A DNA stretch of 64,000 bases. It comes from Octopus sinensis. Its lineage: Eukaryota. The translations under genes and the position numbers were made by a program. The stretch is from assembly GCF_006345805.1 (NCBI RefSeq), contig NC_042999.1, forward strand, positions 6,510,001 to 6,574,000, written 5' to 3'. The notes below the pieces were generated by a model. That model had not been told where the DNA came from, did no database searches, and saw nothing but the letters and a program-made list of their open reading frames with translations. Positions 50,411 through 62,558 of this stretch are shown here, one piece after another (position 1 is the stretch's first letter; each line of letters begins with the position of its first letter).

Positions 50411-51544
50411 CTTTTCTACTCTAGGCACAAGGCCCGAAATTTTTTGGAAGGGGGCTGGTCGATTACATCGACTCCAGTACGCAACTGGTACTTAATTTAT
50501 CGACCCCGAAAGGATGAAAGGCGAAGTCGACATCGGCGGAATTTGAACTCAGAACGTAACGGCAGACGAAATACCTATTTCTTTACTACCCACAAGGGAC
50601 TAAACACAGAGAGGACAAACAAGGAGAGACAAACGTATTAAGTCGATTACATCGACCCCAGTGCGTAATTGGTACTTATTTAATCGACCCCGAAAGGATG
50701 AAAGACAAAATCGACCACGGCGGAATTTGAACTCAGAACGTAGCGGCAGACGAAATACGTATTTCTTTATTACCCACAAGGGGCTAAACACAGAGAGGAC
50801 AAACAAGGACAGACAAACGGATTAAGTCGATTACATCGACCCCAGTGCGTAACTGGTACTTAATTTATCGACCCCGAAATGATGAAAGGCAAAGTCGACA
50901 TCGGCGGAATTTGAACTCAGAACGTAGCGGCAGACGAAATACCTATTTCTTTACTACCCACAAAGGGCTAAACATAGAGAGGACAAACAAGGACAGACAA
51001 ACGGATTAAGTCGATTACATCGACCCCAGTGCGTAACTGGTACTTATTTAATCGACCCTGAAAGGATGAAAGGCAAAGTCGACCTCGGCGGAATTTGAAC
51101 TCAGAACGTAGCGGCAGACGAAATACCTATTTCTTTACTACCCACAAGGGGCTAAACACAGAAAGGACAAACAAGGACAGACAAACGGATTAAGTCGATT
51201 ACATCAACCCAAGTGCGTAACTGGTACTTAATTTATCGACCCCGAAAGGATGAAAGGCAAAGTCGACCTCGGCGGAATTTGAACTCAGAACGTAGCGGCA
51301 GACGAAATACCTATTTCTTTACTACCCACAAGGGGCTAAACATAGAGAGGACAAACAAGGACAGACAAATGGATTAAGTCGATTACATCGACCCCTGTGC
51401 ACAACTGGTACTTAATTTATCGACCCCGAAAGGATGAAAGGCAAAGTCGACCTCGGCGGAATTTGAACTCAGAACGTAACGGCAGACGAAATACGGCTAC
51501 GCATTTCGCCCGGCCTGCTAACGTTTCAGCCAGGTTGCCACCTT
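50411..51544 (-). mobile_element. SINE-D array: head + five full 184-bp units + partial unit with alternative tail
   Basis: Unit boundaries (ATAC) at 50571, 50755, 50939, 51123, 51307 and 51491, exactly 184 bp apart; head at 51495-51544. Confidence 0.93.
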
Positions 51545-52150
51545 TTAAAAATATTGCTAAGCATTTTTCCCAGCATGCTAACAATCCTGCCAGCACACTG
51601 CCTCTTACCACTAAGCCACGTACCTTCACATTAAAAAAAAAAGAAATCTATAAACACGGAAAAAATTTATACAAACCAGAAACCTGGAAAAATTCAGCTT
51701 GAGTTTGTATCTGCGTGGCTCTGAAAAATATATGCAAATATAATTACGTACAAAATACTTGCCGAAAGTCATTCCGTCGATTGTATGTGCGTCTGTTTAT
51801 GTAAGGATATCTGTGTGCCTAACTCTCTGTCTGTTCGTCCATCATACGTCTTGTATAAACTCTAAACGCTTTATTTCCCCCCAATTAAATAGAAAAAAAA
51901 AAAAGTAAACTTATATTAATAATCACAATGACATCACGTTCTCCGTTAAGTAGGAACCCGTTTTCCATTGTCAAAAACTCTTATATTTAGCGACAGATAG
52001 CAACAGTGATTCTGCATTAGCAACTAAATTCCATTTTAACTGCGTTTGTCACCATTTATCGTTTGTAGAAGCCTAAATTGTATCTCTTCAAAAGATATGA
52101 GCCACCTGTGGCCCAGTTAGTATGAGTGATGTGCTGACAGACTGAGAGAG

Positions 52151-52181
<31 letters not shown>

Positions 52182-52464
52182 GGAGGGAGGGAGAGGGAGA
52201 GAGAGAGGGAGAGAGAGGGAGAGAGCGAGAGCGAGAGGGGGGGGGGCAAGCAATGCACTCTTTCGTTAAATCTACCGTTTTTCTGTTAGAAAAAGAGATG
52301 AAAACTTGATACACTAAAACCTTATCTATTATATTAGAGCAGATATAATATTAACTTATTGTATTATTGGTTGTATAATATCAGTATATCATTGGATATA
52401 TAATATATTATCTGGAAATAAAATTGACTGATAAATAATGATGATGATAATAATAATGATGATG

Positions 52465-52503
<39 letters not shown>

Positions 52504-52582
52504 TAATAATAGAGATAATAGCGATAATAATAAGTGGCAGAAACAAATATACGAATCATTTTGATCAACTTTCGTTACTGCC

Positions 52583-52644
<62 letters not shown>

Positions 52645-52754
52645 GATGAACAAATAGAAAATATTAGCCGAAAATAAAAGAAATCTAGAAACATCGAAAC
52701 AAGCATCTGCTTTGGTAGATTGCCTGAGTTCAAATCGTCTTTCGTTTTACTGGA

Positions 52755-52819
<65 letters not shown>

Positions 52820-53221
52820 TAATGGTGTCATTGAGACCCAAAGGTGTCAGGTAATGCTGAACAAGTGCTCTAGACAAACCATAGTTAAGTTCCAGATTCG
52901 GTAATATTGCGAATAAAGGGTTCAACGTTGGTTCTATGTCAGCGTGTGTATATATAAGAAATTTTTGCGTAATAAGATAAAGACCAAGGCTATATAGATA
53001 TTAGAGCATTTATAGATAGAAGGTCAATAAATACTCTAATATCTATACACCCTTGGTTTTTTATCTTATTATCTTATTACTCTTTTCTCCTGCATCTCGC
53101 AGCTCACCTGCGACGGACCGGTATCCCGTCCAGGTGGGGAACCTATACGCCAAGGAAACCGGGAAACCGGCCCTTATGAGCAAGGCATGGCTCGAGAAGG
53201 AACAAACATGTACACACACAT

Positions 53222-53260
<39 letters not shown>

Positions 53261-53664
53261 ACACACGCACAAACGCACACACACACACACACACACACGC
53301 ACACACGCGCACACACACACACTTTGTTTAGACATCTATCTACGAGCTGAGAGAAAGAACACTGTATTACTTGCGGGTCGTTTGTTTGCATCTAAGAATA
53401 CAGACGAGTTCTTTTTTAACAAAAGCATACGTCCTCTAGAAACTGGGGTTGCTCTGTGCAGGGCCTTGCCACAGTTTAAAATGCTTCAGACAGACATCGC
53501 TTGATTTTTAACATCTCCATTATGTGTTGCATGTTATGGTTGGCCGTAACCGAAAAGGCAAAAACACCAAAAATTTCCATGACAGAATGAAGGCGTATAT
53601 CAATGGTGGTAAGTTCCACAAATGTCAGACGAGCGGCCACTACTGACATTCCATAGCATTGCCC

Positions 53665-54400
53665 CTGCTGAATACCAGGGACCTTGTGACACCACACCAG
53701 CACAAAACCCCATACTCGAAAGACTTAGTTCTATGTAATCAAGCAATATGCATGGTACTAGCAGAAAGACATCTGGCCACTGTCGTAGCAGATGCCGAAG
53801 TATAAATACCGAAATATTTTATTATTTCGAACTGATAGGAGAGAAAGAACTCATGGTGGACCTGTTATGTAAACCCGGGAAGATTCCACACTCAAAGTCA
53901 GTTTGTGGCACTCTGGTAATTCACATTAAACAGATCCAAATGGTAATATGTACCACATATCGCCCATGAGGTTTCATTCGAACAGAGCCTCAAAAAGATG
54001 GAAAAATATCAACCAACCTAAATGACAGCCTTCCGTTCTTCTTGTAGAAGAATTCAACTTCTCTAATGTCGAATGGCCTGGGGCCGCCTCCTCCAAGTAT
54101 GTTACTGCATAAACAGAGGCGAGTAGAGTCTCTGTTTGACCTTACAAACATGGTATTTAAGGAGCAAATAGTGCGCCATCTAACAAGGAGTAAAAATGTT
54201 CTGGACATCTGCTTCACAAAATGCACGACACTCGTCAAAGATGTTAAGGTGACACCGACAATTTTCTCTGACCCCTAACAATGTATGGTTCGCGGGGAAG
54301 TGTTGACATGCAGTCTACTAGAAGCATCCGTCTGCTTTCCAGCCTGAGCTTTCATAAAGCTAATTGGAAATATATTCGGAAAGAGGTCCTGGAAGAAAAC
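53665..54400 (+). pseudogene. Decayed CR1-group LINE endonuclease (APE) fragment
   Basis: LLNTRDL..., DRRERTHGG, TYRP, LTRSKNVLDICFT, IFSD; many stops. Confidence 0.7.
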
Positions 54401-54439
54401 TCTACGCTGCAATGCCTGAGGTGTTGGTTGTCGCAGACG

Positions 54440-55180
54440 GATCGCGATTGGAAATGTTAGTACATTAGATCTCCTTCATTTATCGCCCCAGAACGATAAT
54501 GATATACGAAAATGATTTTCCTTTTGTGGATGATTTGAAACTGTTCGCAAAAACAGAGCCTGAAATGGAGAGGCTGGTTGAGACTGTGCATATGTACAGC
54601 AAGGATATAGGGATGGAATTCGGGATCTCGAAGTGTACGGTGCTTACTTTGAAGCGGGGGAAAAGAGCAGATTATAAGGGGATATAACTGCCAAACGGAG
54701 AGCGAATAGGAGACCCGGATGATGATGGGTACAAGTACCTTGGGATCCTGGAGCTTGATAATATCTTGCACAAAGAAACATAAGACACCAAGAGATCACC
54801 AAGAAAAAAATGCTTTCTAATCGATACCAACAGATGGCAATGTCTCTCTAAAAGAGACGGAGAAACTTTCAAAATAGAAAAGCCTGGAAATAGAGTTAAC
54901 TTGAATGTGGAATCTAAAAACAGAAAGAATTCCTATCATAGTGGGCGCATTAGGTATGATAAAAAAATATTCAGACAAATGCATGACTAAAAACACCAGG
55001 ACTAACAAATATATATAACAGGCAGAAAATAGCACTACTGGACACTGCACACATCCTACAGAAAACACTTTCAATATAGTGACCGTAAGAGCATTACAAA
55101 AACCGCAGCACATACCCAAGGCACACAGAGCTGCGCTTGGTAGTGCAGCGAAAGCACATTTTAAAAATAAAACTACTGAA
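54440..55180 (+). pseudogene. RLE-type (R4/Dong-like) LINE: RT fragment joined by deletion to the C-terminus and 3' end
   Basis: FVDDLKLFAK...IGMEFGISKC...YKYLGILE, then KKCFLID...IPIIVGALG...QKIALLDTAHIL. Confidence 0.75.
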
Positions 55181-55182
55181 TA

Positions 55183-55572
55183 ATATATATATATAAAGCT
55201 GAAGTTGTCTGTGTGTGGCAGGTTTGGTAGCCTTCAACTAACACTATCTCCCCCGAGACCCTGCGGCGCAAGTTGACCAAAATTGAGAGTATGATAGAAG
55301 GCTTGCTCTTCCTTCCGTAGAAGAAAAAATTCAAATCGGACCATGTTAACACCAAAAATTATTTACATCAAAAAGGTGCTTTTTTTTTCTCTGAAAATCC
55401 CTATTTTTTAACGATTTTTAACTGCTGTGTCGCCATTTGTCGGTGTATTTCAACCAGAAAAATGTTCACTTAAAGAGAATAACAAGCTACATAATGCAAA
55501 ATTTTTACTTTTCAAAAATTCCAATTCTAAAGGGTCGAGACAATCCCGAGCAACGCCGGGCGATACTACTAG
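55183..55572 (+). mobile_element. Non-autonomous Helitron (family 1), copy 2
   Basis: Highly similar to 10391-10782; hairpin CCCGAGCAACGCCGGG and terminal CTAG. Confidence 0.8.
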
Positions 55573-55871
55573 TAATAATTATGTTTCAGTCAGTTTCGTA
55601 TCGACTGTCCGATCATTTTTCCCTTCCAAGCTAGGAATAGGGAAGTAGAGATATATATATAAATCAATGACGCCGTATGAACGCCTCATCTCTTTAGGTG
55701 TGACTCAGGTTTGAGTCACTCCTCATCGATGTCCAGTGGAATATGTAATTGGATCATTGCTGTATTGTTTGTGTTTATGGAAGGGAAACAACTTCACCTT
55801 CTGGACCCAATCTTTTTTCAACATATCATTATACTATATATGTGGTTGAGAGCAAACTAATGAAACACACG

Positions 55872-56280
55872 AGTGTTTCATTAGCTTCTGTTTTTAGATT
55901 CCACATTCTGGTTACCTCTATTTCCAGGTCTTTGTATTTTGAAAGTTTCTCCGTCTCTTTTAGAGAAACATTGTCATCTGTTGGTATTGATACATCGATT
56001 AAAAAACATTTTTTTTCTTGGTGATCCCTGACATCTATATCCGGTCTATTGGCCTTAATTTCTCTATCTGTGGGCATATCCCACAGTATGGTTGCTTTCT
56101 CATTTTCTGTGACCTTTTCTGGTGTGTACCTATACCATCTTTTTTCTGTTGCTATTCCATAGTGTTGGCATAGATTCCAGTGTATGTAGGTCCCAACTCT
56201 GTCATGTCAGGGAATATATTCCTTTTTAGCCAGGACCGGGCGACCAGAAACACTGTTTTGTCGTCTACATTTGCATTGAC
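55872..56280 (-). pseudogene. RLE-type (R4/Dong-like) LINE fragment with the endonuclease domain
   Basis: HDRVGTYIHWNLC...ILWDM..TDREIKANRPDIDVRDHQEKKCFLIDVSIP...EKLSKYKDLEIEVTRMWNLKTE (PD...D..K motif). Confidence 0.85.
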
Positions 56281-57697
56281 TGGGTTGTTGAGAGTGAAGT
56301 ATCTTAACTAAGGGGTACTCTACTCCTCAACTCAACTGATATGATTTTAAGATTTCTCTTCCATGGTTGGTAATTGTTCATCAACACACCTGACCAATTC
56401 TATATTTCTCCGGGACATTGAAAATACGAGGGCTGTTGGTCCCGATGTATGTAACATGGTGAACATAAGTTAAATTGTCAAAATCTATTCCCCATCGTCA
56501 GGGGGACTGACTACAGGCTAAAATTTGCAGATATGGAGAGTGGGTACATTAGAAATAGCTAAATAGCTTAACCTGGATTTGATCCTGTTCCGCGGTTGCC
56601 TTATTGCTAGCTTATCATGAAATTTGCGATAATTCTACGATAATAGGTTTGGAAATCTACGATAATAGGTTTGGATAAAAGTGTACCCACAATCAATGAA
56701 GGTGACGGGGTGGGCGTTAATGCATTCCTCGGCTTTTTCCGGTCATATGACTTCATTCCTCATTCTTCAATAGAGTTAAGTGTCTACTTATATAGTAGTA
56801 TTGTTATTGTTTTTGTGATAGGGTACCCATTCATGACCTCTCAGTCGAGTGGTAGACTCCATTGAGACTCTTCAATCTAAGATGACATCATTACAAATTA
56901 ACAGTCCGATTCCGCTTTCAGGGTTGGAACACAAGCAACAATCGAAGAATAAGAAGGAAAAAAGAGAGAGAAAAAACAAGCAAAAAAACAAAAACAAACA
57001 AACCAAAAAACAAAACTAAAACGAAAGAACAACATAATAACTACTAACAAACCAACAAAATAAAAAACAAAACAAGAATAAACACATCTGTAGTGCCATT
57101 CCAAAAGAAATGGTTGAGAACTGTCATTGGAACTTATTTCCGAATTGCATTTCGGCGTTTTGGCAAAATTCCATTATGGAATTGAACCGGCTAACTTTCG
57201 ATTCAGTTGCTTCATTTCTGTTTTTTTTCTCTTTCTCTCTCTCTTTTTTTTTTTAATCTGTCAACACCAATTATGCTCCCCACCAGAATCACCATTCATC
57301 ATCACAAGAGACAAAAATAAAATAAACGTAAAAAAACCCCCCAAAAACATCAAGACCAATAAAACAGACTCATTTTGGCACTCTGTATACAGAATTCCAA
57401 TGTTTGCGGCAAAATCGGACACACACACACACCACGCACACACACACACACACACACACCACACACACACACAGACACACACACAGACACACACACACAC
57501 GAACTCATGCACATACACACTCACGCACACACACACATATAAACTATTTTGCTGATATGCATGTATGTATGCATATACGTATGGGTGCATATGTGTGTGT
57601 ATCTATGTATGCAGACATATATGTGTATATGTACAAATGCATAGGTGTGTATATCAATCTACCTATATGTATGTGTATATATATATATGTACTCGTG

Positions 57698-57771
<74 letters not shown>

Positions 57772-58586
57772 AGTATATATATATATGTGTATATATATGT
57801 ACACATAAACACATATATATTTATACTCATACATATACAATTCTTGGCTGAATCTGCAATTTCACTTAATCTAAAACTGTATCACCACCACCACCATCAC
57901 CCTTACTTCCACAACCATCAGCAACAACAACAGCAACAACAACAACAACAACAACAACAACAAAAACAATAGCCACAACAATGTCCTGTATCAGAGATAA
58001 GGAATATTTTGGAATATTTTAAAGTCGAACTATTTTCTTCATGAAATTGAAAAAACAAACAACCAAAATAAAAACGAAAGAAACGCACCAAAAAAACCCC
58101 AAGCAAAAAGCATATAATAAAAAAACAAAAAAAACAACAACAAAAAGCAAAAAGAAAACCCCAGCAAAAATTCCAAATCATGTTGTGGGATAGTTCTAAA
58201 GTAGGACTTGAATTAAATACTAAAATCACAGAAACCCTGTATTAATTCTAGAATCCCTACAAATTTTTATAAATAGAATTAAGAGGCAGCACTGAAAATG
58301 AAAAGTTAACGAGGTCGTCTCTGTAAACAAAGCAGTCAAAGATAGAAAAATAGGTAATTGGTGTACATACATATTTCAGGAGTTGTTGCTCTTTCGTCAG
58401 CGCCATATTAACAACCCATTAACCAGCCATGAACACATTGCTCAAATACCTACTAAGTTTAGTGGCATAACACTATTGGATAGACCAGTTTACATATTAT
58501 ACACATTCCTGGCAACTGGTATGTGTATATTCATTGCTGGTTGGGACACTGCATTTCGTTTTGCAACCATAATTTGCTACCAAGAA

Positions 58587-59152
58587 TTGGGTTGTCCGGA
58601 AAGTTCATGCCGATTTATAGCAGCTTACCTTTCGACTTATTTTAGAACATGGTTGAGTCCATACAACAGGATTTGGCCACACCTCCATTTAGAGCACAGT
58701 TTAAGCTATCTTTTCGTGGAATAAGGTTTATGTTCCTATAACCTGTGTTAATTCTGTAACCCTTTGAAATGGAAGATAAGAAAGTTCATTTTCGGCCCTT
58801 GATGCTTTGGGAACCAGACAAAAATTGCTGCAGCTCGGCTGGGATGTGTTACCCGGCTCTCCATATTCACCAGATGTTGCTCCTTCGGATTTCCACTTAT
58901 TCAGGTTTCTGCAGAATAGTCTTAATGGTAAACATTTCAATTTCTTGGATGACGTAAAAAGATACCTTGATGAATTCTTTGCCATGAAACCACCTCAATT
59001 CTGGGAAGAGGGTATTTTCAAGTTAAAGGAAAGATGGAGACGCATTGTGCAACAAAATGGTTCGTATTTGGTTGATTAAAAATGTAATGACAAGTATTTA
59101 TTGACCTTTTTCTTTCTTTTAAAAATCGGCACGAACTTTCTGGATAACCCAA
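58587..59152 (+). mobile_element. Internally deleted mariner element, copy 2
   Basis: Same TIRs and same deletion junction (ATGCTTTGGGA|ACCAGACAAAAAT) as 48987-49551. Confidence 0.92.
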
Positions 59153-59217
59153 CATATCAAAGGTTTATAATTCAAGACTGTGTCCTACTAATTCTACAAT
59201 GTTTTACATTGGTTAGC

Positions 59218-59583
59218 TTTATTACCCCCGCCTTAGCGAAGGCGGGGGTATTGTTTTCAGTCGTGTTTGTTCGTCTGTGGACAAGATGTCTCAAGAACTG
59301 TTGGATGGATTCGGATGAAACTTTCTGGGATGTTTGGCCTCGTGACTGGCACAAACTGATTAGATTTTGGGATCGATCCGGTACGGGACAAGGATTCTGG
59401 GTTACTTTTCCGTTTTTTAAAAAAATGTTTTGAGAGCGGTCGGGTTCATTTATGGTATCCTCGTTTGTGAGAGAAGTCGCGTTTATTTCAGATATTCTCA
59501 TCTTAAAACTCCTCTCCGGTTAATCATTGAGAGGACGTTGGTGTTGCCTTGGCGGAGGTTTGCGCTCTCTGAGTGCTCTTGTT
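59218..59583 (+). mobile_element. Helentron/DINE-1-like non-autonomous element, full length
   Basis: 5' hairpin TACCCCCGCCTT-AGCG-AAGGCGGGGGTA (59223-59250), subterminal GGCGGAGGT, T-rich ends, no TSD. Confidence 0.65.
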
Positions 59584-60602
59584 ATAAAGTAATGCCTATT
59601 TACGGACAAGTGGACTGAGCAATAAAAGTTAAGTGTCTTAAAGAGAAGATAGATAGATAGATAGATAGATAAATAAATAGAGAGATAGATAGATAGATAA
59701 ATAAATAGAGAGATAGATAGAGAGAGACCATATGTAATAGAGTCACGAGCAACTGATATTCCAAGTTTACCAAACTAAGTGCTCTGCTAAATAATACATA
59801 ACGAGTTAATCTTCTTTCTTAGATCTATCACATCATAATTAGAATCCCACTTTCATCATGATTATGGTTTCACTTATTCCGCCGTGGTCGACTTTACCTT
59901 TCATCCTTTCGGGGTCGATAAATTAAGTACCCGTTGAGTACTGGGGTCGATGTAATCGACTTTCCGCTTCCCCCAAAATTTTAGACCTTGTACCTATTGT
60001 AGAAAGGGTTATGGTTTCACTCAAACATTTGGCAATATGTGGTATTTCGTCAGACTTTACATTCTGAGTTCAAATCCCGCCGTAGTCAACTTTGGTTTTC
60101 GTCGCTTCGGGGTTGACAGAATAATACCAGTTGAGCACTCATCGAAATGGCTGGCCTCGTGCCAAAATTTGAAACGAATATTTCTTTTTAAACCAGAACA
60201 TTCCAACATTATTTTAATGCCATTTCTATCCAAGAGTCTGCTGTTCCTCAACAAAGCCGCAAAGAACTCCTTTGATTTCCGTACAAATTTTACTGTTTTT
60301 ATATTTCATTTATATTTTTACACAGCCACAAACCAGAACATTAAATATCATATTATTGCTACGGTTTATGGCGACATCAATTCAAACTTCGTGCTGTTAG
60401 TCTTGGAGAAACTCGTAAATCTTCTCCTCAAGAACGTTCCAGACTTCATTACAGAATGCACATTTGTCAGTGCAAAAACCATAGAAGTGAATATCTTTGA
60501 CAAACTTCAAATATCAGCTGAAGACGCAATGGATTGTGACATCCCCCACAGATTCTGCGCTTCCGCACCTCCCCTCCCTCTAAACACAAAACCATTATAG
60601 TT

Positions 60603-60862
60603 GCAGGTGTGGCGTGTAGTAAGAAGCTTGCTTCCCCAAGCACATAGTACCAGGTTCAGTCCCAATGCGTGGCATCTTGGGCAAGTTCTACTATAACATC
60701 GGTTCGACCGAGGCCTCGAAAGTGGATTTTGTAAACGGAAACTGGAAAAAGCCCGTCACACACACACACACGAACCTACACACACATACATACACTCGGC
60801 GTTTGTGGCTTTTAATTTTGCCTTTAGGTTCTAATTGCTATAGCCCACCCTTTTTAATTTGT

Positions 60863-60907
<45 letters not shown>

Positions 60908-61322
60908 CACCACGACTTGACGACCTGTGCTAGTTTGTTTACGTCCCCATAACAGCGATTCGGTGACTGACCGATAAAATAAGTACTAGGCATTAAAAAT
61001 GTATTGAGGTCGATTCATTCGACTAACTATTCTCCAAAGTGGATTTGGTAGACGGAAATTGAAAGAAGCCCGTCGTATATATGTATGTGTGTCTGTATAA
61101 CAATGTGTTATTGTGTCTGTATTTGCCCCCTCCCACATCGCTTGACAACTGATGCTGGTGTGTTTAAGTCCCCGTAATTTAGCGGTTCGGCAAAAGAGAC
61201 CGATAGAATAACTACTAGGCTTACAAGGAATAAGTCCTGGGGTCGATTTTCTCGACTAAAGGCGGTGCTCCAGCATGGCCGCAGTCAAATGACTGAAACA
61301 AGTAAAAGAATAAAAGAATATA
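60603..61322 (+). mobile_element. Compound SINE-A (two partially overlapping copies)
   Basis: Head-microsatellite-partial tail, then a second body (from ~61040) with a complete tail. Confidence 0.7.
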
Positions 61323-61349
61323 CCACATACACATTGTTATTTAGATATG

Positions 61350-62164
61350 TTTAAAAATTGCTACAATCATCATCATTTGACCCCCAAAAATCCGTCAAAC
61401 AAATCGTCATTTACAGTTTCATCGTAAGGGTCTCAGAATCCGGTGAGTCGACTTCGGTTTCATCTTCACTCTCATACAGCATTTCATCCTATCGTGGGTT
61501 TCAGTTCCGTTAGCCATGCACGATAATACGACCGCAAACCTTGTCTTTTCATGACCCGTGCCTCTAACATGCACGGTTTTTGCGCCTTTCATGTCAACCG
61601 TTCTGTCACCCATCATGTCAAAGTTTAATGGGGTCTCATCCATGTTTCCGATACATGACATAGGAAAGCTGACGTCTTTGCCTCATTCCAACAATAAATC
61701 GATGAAAACTGGTAACTTTACAGTCAAGGTCTCTTGGTAGCTTTTGAGCGATTTTCGTTTTTGTTCGTATCACAAAATTCTTTCTATTCACGAAACGACC
61801 GCACCAGCCTACTGTTGCTTTAAAGTCCTGGCTTTCATCTCGGTTGGCTTTTGCCCATTTTAATGCCTATGATCTTATTCTATTTCGTGTTACCATGTAT
61901 CCATCCTGTCCCAGTTCAAGTAGCCACTTGCAAACCTGATCTTCCAACTCTGGCCAACGCCTGCTTCCTCTTCCCATTGCACATTTCAGTTTTGGCACGT
62001 TTCTTAAATTATCTTCACTCTTTCCCCAATATCTAATCCTTCTTCTCAGTCACATCAAATGTTTTCGCTGCAGCACAGTTGTTAGATGCATTGGCAACTT
62101 CAATAACTCTCAGTTTAAAACTTGCTTCGTATTTTCTTCTTTTTTTCTTTTATGGCGGCTCCAT
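61350..62164 (-). pseudogene. pogo/Tigger-family transposase remnant with internal deletion
   Basis: MEPP*RKKRRKYEASFKLRVIEVA (N-terminal DNA-binding region), CENP-B-type HTH region (WPELEDQV..W), GNMDETPLNFDM...TGHEKTRFAVVLSCMANG, then a jump to an acidic C-terminal tail. Confidence 0.8.
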
Positions 62165-62185
62165 GGGTAGGTTGAGTATAAAAAG

Positions 62186-62558
62186 CTAGCAGTAAGGGAA
62201 ATAACTATATAAGCATTTTTAGAGAGTTATAGCCAAAAAATAGCAAAAAAATGCATTAAAAATGGAAAAAAAATGATAGTAAATTTTTTTTTAAATCGTT
62301 GATTCATCGTAGACATTTTTAGAGAGTTACTTCCCTTATATAATAGCGAAAAAATGCATTAAAATGGAAAAAAATGATGGCAATTTTTTTTTTAAATCGT
62401 AGACTCATCGCAGACGCGCGCTAATACCCAGAAGGGCTCGATATGAATCACGACTATAAGATACCCGGTTTTGGTTAAACTGCACCGCAAAATGTGGGAG
62501 TAGTTAGGAATCTAAATCGTAGGAGACAGACACACAACCTTACTTTTATATATAAAGA
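62186..62558 (-). mobile_element. Non-autonomous Helitron (family 2) with internal ~100-bp tandem duplication
   Basis: Minus strand starts TCTTTATATATAAAAG and ends CTGCTAG, the same terminus as the 10391 copy. The subterminal hairpin is absent. Confidence 0.6.

Noticed and set aside
50571-51490. Regular array as a CRISPR
   Set aside because: Units are contiguous and near-identical with no unique spacers, there are no cas genes, and the context is eukaryotic.
56480-56510. Minus-strand CTGACGATGGGG as a hammerhead core (also TTGATGAAAGGG...GAAA near 30465 and CTGAAGA...GAAACCTGTC near 48330-48360)
   Set aside because: Missing GAAA or missing stems II/III; cannot be distinguished from chance without a family consensus.
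60037-60600. 187-aa plus-strand ORF as a host gene
   Set aside because: It starts inside a SINE-D fragment from a GTG codon and has no recognisable domain. The minus strand has a faint CAFCNE/W pattern that might be a LINE remnant, too weak to call.
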